Notes under the pieces: generated by a model
Seen by the model: only the letters and a program-made list of their open reading frames with translations
The model's database searches: none
Told to the model about the DNA's origin: nothing
Made by a program: the position numbers and the translations under genes
Assembly: GCA_012520575.1 (NCBI GenBank)
Contig: JAAYOB010000002.1
Span: 5,264-69,263, forward strand
DNA length: 64,000 nt
Source of the DNA: Candidatus Stramentimicrobium fermentans
Lineage (GTDB): Bacteria; Atribacterota; Phoenicimicrobiia; Phoenicimicrobiales; Stramentimicrobiaceae
Direction: 5' to 3'
Part shown: in pieces, positions 47,902 to 56,498 of the stretch
Numbering within the stretch: position 1 is the stretch's first letter
Layout: the number at the start of each line of letters is the position of its first letter

Positions 47902-49074
47902 CTATTGTTTATTTGTAGAATGGTCGGAATCGTAGGCACGGTTGAAGAGCAGCAAATAATCTTCTTTGGTCATCGGTCTGGGGTTACTGCTATTGGAACC
48001 GTTTTGAAAGGACATTTCTGCCAACATTTCAAAATCACCCGGATTTACCCCTAAAGACCTAATCCCCGGTAAACCAATCTCCTTAACCAATTTTTTAATA
48101 AGTTCAATGCCTCTTGCCGCTGCTCTCCGGTCATTATGCTCCGTAATTCCCATGGCTCTTGCTACCCTGGCATATTTATATTCGGCATAAGGTAAATTAT
48201 ATTCCATAACGTAGGGCAGTAATATGGCATTACACATACCATGAGGTGCGTCGTATACCCCACCCATTGATTCTGCCATACAGTGCACCGAGCCCACATC
48301 AGCATGGCTGAAGGATAGCCCCGCTAAAAGACTGCCCATCATCATCTTATCTCGTGCCTCAAGGTTTTCTCCGTTTTTTACCGCTTCAACTACATTTGAG
48401 GCAATGAATTCTACAGCGTACAATCCCGCGGCCTCCGCTATCGGTTCAGTACAGTTGGCGGTGTAGCCCTCTATGGCATGGGTGAGGGCATCGATTCCGG
48501 TAGCGGCAGTAATCAGAGGAGGAACGGTTACGGTCAGCTCCGGGTCTACAAGAGCGGTTTTCGCCGCTATAGAAGCACTTTTGATGGTAAATTTAAATTT
48601 TTCTTGAGTATCGGTAATAACAGAGGAGAAAGTTATCTCACTTCCGGTACCGGCGGTAGTCGGTATAGTGATAAGGGGCAGACAATCACCCTGCACTTTA
48701 TTTATACCGCGGTAATCTTTTGCCTTACCTTCCTGAATTGCCAAAACGGCAACGGCTTTGGCCGCATCTATTGGACTTCCGCCGCCGAAAGCGATCAGCG
48801 TATCGACTGCCTCTTCTTTTGCTCTCTGGGTACAGGCTTCTACTTCATAGTCTTTTGGGTTTGCTCCAATCTCATCATAGACAGTAAATTCAATTTTTTC
48901 AGCACCTAATAGTCCGGATAATTTGTTAACCATTCCGGTTTTAACCAGACCTTTGTCGGTTATGACCATCACTTTTTTGGCCTTTAATATTTGCAGCTCT
49001 TCTCCCAATACTGTTAACATTCCTGCACCATACCTTATCTTGGTAGGTAAAACAAATTCAAACGGACTGATCAT
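47902..49074 (-). CDS. Iron-containing (group III) alcohol dehydrogenase
   Basis: GGGSPIDAAK NAD motif. His-rich metal site HAIEGY...HCMAESMGGVYDAPHG. Confidence 0.85.
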   Translation of the reverse strand: MISPFEFVLPTKIRYGAGMLTVLGEELQILKAKKVMVITDKGLVKTGMVNKLSGLLGAEKIEFTVYDEIGANPKDYEVEACTQRAKEEAVDTLIAFGGGSPIDAAKAVAVLAIQEGKAKDYRGINKVQGDCLPLITIPTTAGTGSEITFSSVITDTQEKFKFTIKSASIAAKTALVDPELTVTVPPLITAATGIDALTHAIEGYTANCTEPIAEAAGLYAVEFIASNVVEAVKNGENLEARDKMMMGSLLAGLSFSHADVGSVHCMAESMGGVYDAPHGMCNAILLPYVMEYNLPYAEYKYARVARAMGITEHNDRRAAARGIELIKKLVKEIGLPGIRSLGVNPGDFEMLAEMSFQNGSNSSNPRPMTKEDYLLLFNRAYDSDHSTNKQ

Positions 49075-49446
49075 GATTTCCTAACTCCCTCCCCATAACA
49101 AATTGTTAAAGCACGGATAATTATTACCTACTTGTTTTTCATTACAGGTAAACCGTTTTTCAGTTTCCATTTCCCGGTTTTCAGAAAGAAAGACAAAAAA
49201 TAATACACTTCTATAATATACAAGATTTATCTTTGTATAAAAAGAATTTTTCAAATGTTTTTCTTTAATTATAATCTTTCTCTAAAATACTAATACCTAT
49301 CTCGCCAATTTTCCATTATAATGAAATATCATACTTTACATTTTTTACAGATTTGCTTTCAACAAAAACTGATAAGATCTTGAACCGGAATATTTATTTC
49401 AGAAAGTTGAGCTACAGATTAACTTTAATTGGGAGGAGAAAGTAAC

Positions 49447-50172
49447 ATGAATCTGATTATCGTAAAAGACTATCAAGAACTCAGTCAAGCAGCTGCTGAT
49501 TTGGTTGCCCGGGAAATAATTGCCAAGCCCGATACAGTTCTCTGTTTACCGACAGGTGAGACTCCTATCGGTATGTATCGGGAATTGATTCAGAAATATC
49601 AAAGGGGAGAAATAGATTTTTCTGAAGCAGTTGCTTTTAGTTTAGATGAATATTGTAGCTTATCTCCTGAGCATCCTCAAAGCTACTATTATTACATGCA
49701 GCATACCTTCTTCCGGCATATTAATATCAAAGCAGAGAATATCTATCTCTTAAATGGAATTACGCAGGATATTGTAGCTGAATGTGAAAACTATGACAAA
49801 CAAATTCTGGAAAATGGGGGTATAGATCTGCAGATACTGGGCATAGGCAATAACGGTCATCTCGGTTTTAATGAACCGGCTATCAGTTTGAATAGCAAGA
49901 CCCATCTGGTAAACCTGTCAGATGATACTATTCATGCCAATTCCCGATTTTTTAAAAACATCGAGGAAGTTCCTACCAAAGCTCTAACCGTAGGTATGGG
50001 GGCCATTATGAAAGCTACGAAGATTATGCTTTTAGCGAGCGGAGAGAAAAAAACGGCTGCTATAAATAAGACTATCAACGGCTTAATCAGTACCCGGTCA
50101 CCTTCCACTTTCTTGCAGCTGCACCCCGATGTAACCATAATTATTGACAAAGATGCCGCCTCCAAGCTCTGA
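49447..50172 (+). CDS. nagB: Glucosamine-6-phosphate deaminase
   Basis: LPTGETPIGMY and LGIGNNGHLGFNEP motifs. Confidence 0.85.
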   Translation: MNLIIVKDYQELSQAAADLVAREIIAKPDTVLCLPTGETPIGMYRELIQKYQRGEIDFSEAVAFSLDEYCSLSPEHPQSYYYYMQHTFFRHINIKAENIYLLNGITQDIVAECENYDKQILENGGIDLQILGIGNNGHLGFNEPAISLNSKTHLVNLSDDTIHANSRFFKNIEEVPTKALTVGMGAIMKATKIMLLASGEKKTAAINKTINGLISTRSPSTFLQLHPDVTIIIDKDAASKL

Positions 50173-50515
50173 TTTACGCTACAGTATAATTGTAAGAACA
50201 CAAGGTTTTGGTTTTTTAGTTCCCCGTTTTCAGTAAAATGCGAAATAGTTTGCGTCATAAGTAATGTATAGTGTATAATAAAAATATCTAAAGTTCTCTC
50301 TTTATTCCTTGCGGGCATTCCTCTCTTTGTCTTTGTATTTCTTTGCTGCTTTAGCAGCAGACGGTAATCTCATCCTCTATAGCTTGCAATCTTTCTTTTT
50401 TATTTTCCCTGACAACTATTTTGTTCCATTTGAACAAAACCTCATTTTAATATAAAATAAAAATTAAAACTAATCTATAACTAAGCAATAACTAACGAGA
50501 GGAGCACATTACATA

Positions 50516-52339
50516 ATGAAAGGTAATTTTGGAAAATATCTTTATGTTGACTTAAGTGAGAATGAAGTAAAAGATTATCCTATTCCTGAGGAATGGTACC
50601 GTAAGTATTTGGGCGGCAGGGGTATCGCCGCTCGCATATTATTACAAGAACTCGGCCCCAATACAGAACCCCTATCTGCTGACAATATCATGATCATGGC
50701 TGGTGGCCCCTTACAAGGTTTAGGTATTGCCGGTGCAGCTCGTTTTCTGGTCATGGGTAAATCCCCTAAAACCAAAACCATCAATGATTCCTTCTGCGGC
50801 GGCAGCTTTGGTGATATCTTAGGCAAATCCGGTTATGATGGCATCATCATCAAGGGTAAAGCCCAAGCACCGGTTTATCTCTTAGTGGATAATGGTACTG
50901 CCCGGATATTATCGGCAGAAGACCTTTGGGGTTTAGACCCTAAACAGGTAGAGGAGAAGCTTAATCCACTCTATAAAGGCTGCTCTATCGCCTGTATCGG
51001 AAAAGCAGGAGAAAACTTGGGCATGCAATCCTGTATTATTATAGACCGCAACCGTTCCGCTGGCCGCCCTGCCTATGGCGCCCTGATGGGTTCTAAAAAC
51101 TTAAAAGCAATAGTAATTCGTGGCAACCGGAAGAAGGAGATCGCTGACGCCGAAAGATTTAAAAAATTAAGGAAAGAATTTACCCAAAGAATAATAAAAA
51201 CAGGTACATATAATGGACGTCAGAAGTATGGAACCCCCGGAGGAGTGGAAGCCCTAAGTATAAACGGAGTACTTCCCACCAAAAACTTCACAGATGGTCG
51301 GTATGCTGATGCCGGTAAAATCAGTGGGCAGGCTCTGGTCAAGAGCAAGGTTTGGATAGGCAATGATACCTGTCCCGGGTGTCCTATCAGATGTAAAAGA
51401 GTAGTGGAAGGTGTCTATAATGGTGAACCATTTGAAAGAGCATGGGGAGGGCCCGAATATGAGACCATCGCCTCCTTCGGCTCACTTCTCCTAATCAATG
51501 ACTTAGAGGCTATAAGTCTCTTCAATAAGAAGTGCAATCAGTATGGTCTGGATACCATCTCAGTGGGAGTACAGATTGCCTATCTAATGGAGGCAACCGA
51601 GCGGGGGCTCCTCTCTGAAGAAGACCGGATTAGCTGGGGTGACGCCAAAGCAGTTTCATCTCTAATTGATAAGATTGCCCACAGGGAAGGCATAGGTGAT
51701 TGGGTAGCAGGAGGGTGTGATAAAATCTCAGAGAAAGTAGGAGACGGCTCCTTCTTAGTGCAATGTAAAGGACAAGAGATTCCCATGCATGACCCCCGAG
51801 GTAAATATTCCTTGGCAGTCTACTATGCCACCACTCCCAGGGGAGGTAACCATATGGAGGGTACCCATGACCCGACACCGGCCCATCCGGAATTGAATTT
51901 ACCCGACAATCCAGCTCAAACATGGGAAAACAGGGCTCTCATTGTTGGTGAGTATCTGCACTTGCGTTCCTTTGCCAACTCAGCCATTCTCTGTGCCTTT
52001 ACCTCCGGCTTGAATTATCCGGAAAGTGAATACCTCTTCCCTCTAATCCGCGACATAATAGAGGCGGCTACTGGTCAGAAACTCTCTGTTAAGGAAATGC
52101 TTACCATTGGTGAAAGAAATTATGGATTGCTCCGAGTCTTTGCCGAGAAAGCCGGCTATACCCGGGAAGATGATAAGCTCCATCCCAGATTCTTTGAATC
52201 CCAAACTTCAACCGGCTTTGCCATAGATGAGGAGAAACTGAACGCGACTATCGATGAATACTATAAGCTCTATAGTTATGATAAATACGGTCCTGACCGA
52301 AAGAAAGCTGAACAACTTGGTATATCTGCATTGCTTTAA
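50516..52339 (+). CDS. Aldehyde:ferredoxin oxidoreductase (tungstopterin AOR family)
   Basis: 607 aa. AOR_N (GGRGIAARIL) and the AOR catalytic domain with Cys ligands (CPGCPIRC). Confidence 0.85.
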   Translation: MKGNFGKYLYVDLSENEVKDYPIPEEWYRKYLGGRGIAARILLQELGPNTEPLSADNIMIMAGGPLQGLGIAGAARFLVMGKSPKTKTINDSFCGGSFGDILGKSGYDGIIIKGKAQAPVYLLVDNGTARILSAEDLWGLDPKQVEEKLNPLYKGCSIACIGKAGENLGMQSCIIIDRNRSAGRPAYGALMGSKNLKAIVIRGNRKKEIADAERFKKLRKEFTQRIIKTGTYNGRQKYGTPGGVEALSINGVLPTKNFTDGRYADAGKISGQALVKSKVWIGNDTCPGCPIRCKRVVEGVYNGEPFERAWGGPEYETIASFGSLLLINDLEAISLFNKKCNQYGLDTISVGVQIAYLMEATERGLLSEEDRISWGDAKAVSSLIDKIAHREGIGDWVAGGCDKISEKVGDGSFLVQCKGQEIPMHDPRGKYSLAVYYATTPRGGNHMEGTHDPTPAHPELNLPDNPAQTWENRALIVGEYLHLRSFANSAILCAFTSGLNYPESEYLFPLIRDIIEAATGQKLSVKEMLTIGERNYGLLRVFAEKAGYTREDDKLHPRFFESQTSTGFAIDEEKLNATIDEYYKLYSYDKYGPDRKKAEQLGISALL

Positions 52340-52590
52340 TCTATACTAATTTTTGTATAATACAAAGAGAACCTTTAGTCTCCAACTTAAGGATGTATTC
52401 CTACTTTTACTTCACCTTTTTAGACTTTATTGAAATGTTGTTACAACTTTATCTCCTACTACCACAATAATTTCTTCTAAATTATTTATGAATAATGTTG
52501 ACTTTTATTTTAAAATATATATACTATGTTCAATAATATAAAACAGTGTTTCATAGTACAAGACATAGAATATAGAATGTAAATATACTA

Positions 52591-53376
52591 ATGACTTCTA
52601 CAAATAACAAAAAACGGTCAAATTATTATGTTCGTTCAATTAATAGGGCAATCAATATAATTAATCTGTTAGCCAATAAAAAAGAAGAACAAGGAATAAC
52701 AGAATTAAGCTTACAATTAAACCTGCATAAAAGTACTGTCCATCGCCTTTTAGTTACTTTAGAAGATGAAGGATTTATAGTACAGAATACCATTACTCAA
52801 AAATATAGTCTCGGATTAAAATTTCTTGAATTAGGAAATATTGTTCAAGAACGGATAGAAATCAAAAGATTAGCATTTCCAGTAATGCAATCCCTTGCCC
52901 AAAAAACCCAAGAGAGCATAGACCTTAATATTTTAATAGATGATAAAAGAGTTAGTATAGAAAAGATTGATAGTCCTCATGATTTGAGAAGAATAATACA
53001 GTTAGGCAAGAGTCTGCCATTATATTGCGGGGGTTCTGGGAAAGCAATCCTGGCTTTCCAATCAGACACAGAAATCGACAGGATACTTGATAAAGAAGAT
53101 TTAATTTCTTACGGGGTAAATACTATAACAGATAAGGTTAAATTAAAAAAACACTTAGCAGAAGTACGAAAGAATGGCTATGCTATAAGTTTTGAAGAGA
53201 GAACTATTGGTTCAGCCTCTATCGCGGCTCCTATTTTTAACTTTCAGGGGAAAGTTATATATTCCTTGAGTATTTCTGGGCCCATAACTCGCTTTACCAA
53301 GCAAAAAATATACTTGTATATTTCCTTAATAAAGAATGCAGCGAGCGAAATTTCGAAGACTTTAGGCTATCGTTAA
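52591..53376 (+). CDS. IclR-family transcriptional regulator
   Basis: N-terminal HTH (LHKSTVHRLLVTLEDEGF). C-terminal IclR effector domain. Confidence 0.8.
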   Translation: MTSTNNKKRSNYYVRSINRAINIINLLANKKEEQGITELSLQLNLHKSTVHRLLVTLEDEGFIVQNTITQKYSLGLKFLELGNIVQERIEIKRLAFPVMQSLAQKTQESIDLNILIDDKRVSIEKIDSPHDLRRIIQLGKSLPLYCGGSGKAILAFQSDTEIDRILDKEDLISYGVNTITDKVKLKKHLAEVRKNGYAISFEERTIGSASIAAPIFNFQGKVIYSLSISGPITRFTKQKIYLYISLIKNAASEISKTLGYR

Positions 53377-53467
53377 ATTAACAAAAATATTTTTCTATAT
53401 TTTAGACAGGCAACTACTATTAAAAACCTATCTTGAAAAATAAAAATGTAGAAGAGGTGGTAATCGT

Positions 53468-53629
53468 ATGAAAAACAAGGCTATAGACAAAGAAGTAGGC
53501 ATAGAATTACTTGAGAGTGAATCAAAAACAGAAGACTTGATACTGTTTGACAATACCGACAAGCCTTTTTTGGTCTTGTATTTATTCATATTTATCTTTG
53601 GCATTATTTTGACTGTAATAAGTATTTAG
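53468..53629 (+). CDS. Small (53 aa) single-TM protein preceding the symporter gene
   Basis: GAGGTGG RBS. Hydrophobic C-terminal helix. Not in the ORF track. Tentative. Confidence 0.3.
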   Translation: MKNKAIDKEVGIELLESESKTEDLILFDNTDKPFLVLYLFIFIFGIILTVISI

Positions 53630-53645
53630 GTTAGATAATCACACA

Positions 53646-55115
53646 ATGACAATGCCGATACAAATCATTATTTTAATACTATATTTTATCTTAATAATAT
53701 TCCTGGGAATATTAGCTATGAAAAAGGTGAAAGGCTCTGATGACCTTTTAGTAGCTGGTAGGAATTTAGGAATGATGTATGTTTCTGTTTCTATTGCTGC
53801 CGAATACATGGGAGGATTGGGTACAGTGGGAACGGCAGAGGTAGCCTTTAGCCAGGGAATGGGAGTAATCTGGTATCATATAGCCTCAGCCTTTGGATTA
53901 ATACTGTTTGGAGTAGGGTTTGCCCACTATTACCGCAAATACAATGTCATAACAGTACCGGAGTATCTCTACTTTCTCTATGATATAAAGACCTGGAAGG
54001 CATCTTCCTTTTTAAATGTTTTTGCTTATTGGATTTTTACCGTTATTCAGATGACTGCTATGGGCTCGCTAGTTGCTAGCGTAACCGGATTTGATTTAAA
54101 ATGGAGTGCTTTCATCTGCGGAATTGGTATGACTGTCTATCTCCTAGCAGCCGGTATGTGGTCGGTTGCTTTTACCAGTGTAGCTTTTATGATTACCATA
54201 GGTACAGGCATCCCACTCGCTTTTTGGTGGGTCATGAAACATGAGATGCCCCTTCTGGCAACCTCAGGCGGTATTTCCGGTTTTGCCGGTTTGGCCAATG
54301 CACTTTCCGCCGCAGGTCTTGATGCAGCACATCTAATGAATCCTTATAGTTTAGGAGGAATGGCAATACTGGGATATTTCTTAGGCGGAGTGTTAGGGAT
54401 ACCCGCAGCACAAGCAACTATTAATTATTCATTTGGTGCCCGCAACTGGAAAATAGCGAGATTGGCACCGGTGTTAGCAGCTATTCTGATACTGCCGCTA
54501 AGTATCTGGACCGGTTCTATGGGACTTTTTGCCAGAGCAGCAGACTTGACTACCAATCCGAAGTTGGCACTCGGAGCTACCTTGATGCATATCAATCCTA
54601 TAATTGGAGGCATTGGTATTGCCGGCATATTTGCCGCACTGGTTTCTACCGTGGCTGGCATATTATTTGGCTGTGCCTCTATTATGGCAAAAGATATCTG
54701 GCAAAGATGGCTGCACCCTAATACCGATGACAAATACTTAGCCAAGTGGACCAGATTATGGATACTCATTATTGGGGTTACCTCTGCTTTCGGAGCAATG
54801 AGTCTGCCCAAAATACTACACCAAGCCTATTTTGTCTATTCCATCAGAAGTGCTCTCATGATAGTAGTAGCCTTCGGCTTATGGTGGAAGGCAGCCCATC
54901 CTAATGCTGCTTATTGGAGTATGATAGTGGCATTGGTAGGGGGAACCATGTATCAATTCAATATTCCTATTAACTTTCAGTCATATTTTCATTTACATAT
55001 TGCGATCTGGTGTGGACTCCTAAGCTTTATTACTTTCATAATTGTCAGTTTTTTTTCTAAATGGACTTCCCAAACAGCCGGAGAGTTGCCGCCAGCCTAT
55101 GTAAAACAGAGATAA
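53646..55115 (+). CDS. Sodium:solute symporter family (SSF) transporter
   Basis: About 13 TM helices. SSF N-terminal pattern GRNLGMMYVSVSIAAEYMGGLGTVG. Confidence 0.8.
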   Translation: MTMPIQIIILILYFILIIFLGILAMKKVKGSDDLLVAGRNLGMMYVSVSIAAEYMGGLGTVGTAEVAFSQGMGVIWYHIASAFGLILFGVGFAHYYRKYNVITVPEYLYFLYDIKTWKASSFLNVFAYWIFTVIQMTAMGSLVASVTGFDLKWSAFICGIGMTVYLLAAGMWSVAFTSVAFMITIGTGIPLAFWWVMKHEMPLLATSGGISGFAGLANALSAAGLDAAHLMNPYSLGGMAILGYFLGGVLGIPAAQATINYSFGARNWKIARLAPVLAAILILPLSIWTGSMGLFARAADLTTNPKLALGATLMHINPIIGGIGIAGIFAALVSTVAGILFGCASIMAKDIWQRWLHPNTDDKYLAKWTRLWILIIGVTSAFGAMSLPKILHQAYFVYSIRSALMIVVAFGLWWKAAHPNAAYWSMIVALVGGTMYQFNIPINFQSYFHLHIAIWCGLLSFITFIIVSFFSKWTSQTAGELPPAYVKQR

Positions 55116-55124
55116 GGAGAAAAA

Positions 55125-55307
55125 ATGAAAACTTTTCTTTTCCCCGAATTTCTTAAATTAGACTTGATAATCTGGGCAATATTAGTAATTATTTTTGTCC
55201 TATTTACCTGGCATATCCATAGTTTACCCTATGATGCCATCGATAAGGTCAAAGCACAGGCCATTGAAAATAAAAAACGATTAGGAATTAAAATCTATAA
55301 AATATAA
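55125..55307 (+). CDS. Small membrane protein (60 aa) coupled to the symporter
   Basis: AAGGAGA RBS. One TM helix. Confidence 0.3.
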   Translation: MKTFLFPEFLKLDLIIWAILVIIFVLFTWHIHSLPYDAIDKVKAQAIENKKRLGIKIYKI

Positions 55308-55707
55308 TATATTTTTAACATTATTTCTTAAAACCTTACTTTTCCCAAATAGATACAGAAACTGAAATAATTGTCTAGAAGTAAATGGATATTGGAAAGG
55401 GGAACAAAAATTATTGCCGGACTTGCCTTTGGAATAATTCATACGGCTACCATTAGGGAATATATACTAGTGACATTGCTATCAGCTCTGATAGGAAAGG
55501 CATTTTTAATTTCAAATTAGAAAAGAAAAAATAAAAACTTTGCAAAAGCTGATTGAACAAAGTAAACAATAATTGGCTTAGTACATACTTTATATCTACA
55601 AAAGGAGATGAGTCTATTTGGCAAAAACGGAGAAATATTTTAGTATTTAGCTACTTTGTATGATACTTTTAGCTTTTCCCACCTATAATTAAGGAGGAAA
55701 GGAAGCT

Positions 55708-56040
55708 ATGAAAAAAAGTTGTAAAAAGCAATACATTTTAGTAACCCATATTATCAAAAAAGAAAACGAACAATATGTAGCTACTTGCCCAGAATTTGAT
55801 GTATCTTCTTTTGGCGATACTGTGGAAGAAGCTAATAATAGTTTGAGAGAGGCAATTTTGTTATATTTAGAAGGTATAGAAAGCTTAAATATTCTAGATC
55901 AAATTTTCAAAGAAAAAGCCATTGTAACTTATGAAAGAAAACCTAAATCTGTAACCAGTGATTATAGATTTGCAGATGATCTGGATGGCCAGCCTTTTGT
56001 TACTAAAAAGTCTCTAAATGTTGCTTTATGCAATTCTTAA
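55708..56040 (+). CDS. hicB: HicB-family antitoxin
   Basis: N-terminal YVATCPEFDVSSFGDTVEEANNSLREAILLYLEG, matching the HicB/UPF0150 fold. Strong RBS AAGGAGGAAAGG. Confidence 0.6.
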   Translation: MKKSCKKQYILVTHIIKKENEQYVATCPEFDVSSFGDTVEEANNSLREAILLYLEGIESLNILDQIFKEKAIVTYERKPKSVTSDYRFADDLDGQPFVTKKSLNVALCNS

Positions 56041-56050
56041 TAAAATGTAA

Positions 56051-56274
56051 AATTTCCCCATAATAACTGGTGAAGATTTAATAAGTAGACTATGCAAAGC
56101 TGGTTACATAGTATTAAGAACGAAAAGTTCTCACACTTTCTTGACTTTGCAGGCCACCCTGAAGTGTCTACTGTAGTAAAAAATACCTCTAAAGATATTC
56201 CCCAAGGAACATTGGCTTCTATTAGAAAACAATTAAGATTAACTCGAGAAAAATTTATCGAGATTATTTCTTAA
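56051..56274 (+). pseudogene. hicA: hicA toxin remnant (frameshift plus premature stop)
   Basis: HicA N-terminus (GEDLISRLCKAGYIVLRTKSSHTF) is in one frame and the C-terminus (HPEVSTVVKNTSKDIPQGTLASIRKQLRL) in another, joined at CACAC. Only an ATG-TAA precedes the N-terminal part. Confidence 0.5.
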
Positions 56275-56498
56275 TAATGGGTATTGTTAAAAACTAAGAT
56301 GAATATAGAGTAATATACTACTAACTATATAATACATTTTTATTTGATGATTAACTTTATAATCTATGAAAATGATTTCTAAGTATACCTAAATCCGTAC
56401 ATGATGAAACATTAATATCAAAAATTGTTAATACAATAAGAATTCTTCATTCAACGAAATTATTCAAATAAAGGTCTTTATAAATTCAGGAGGGGGAA

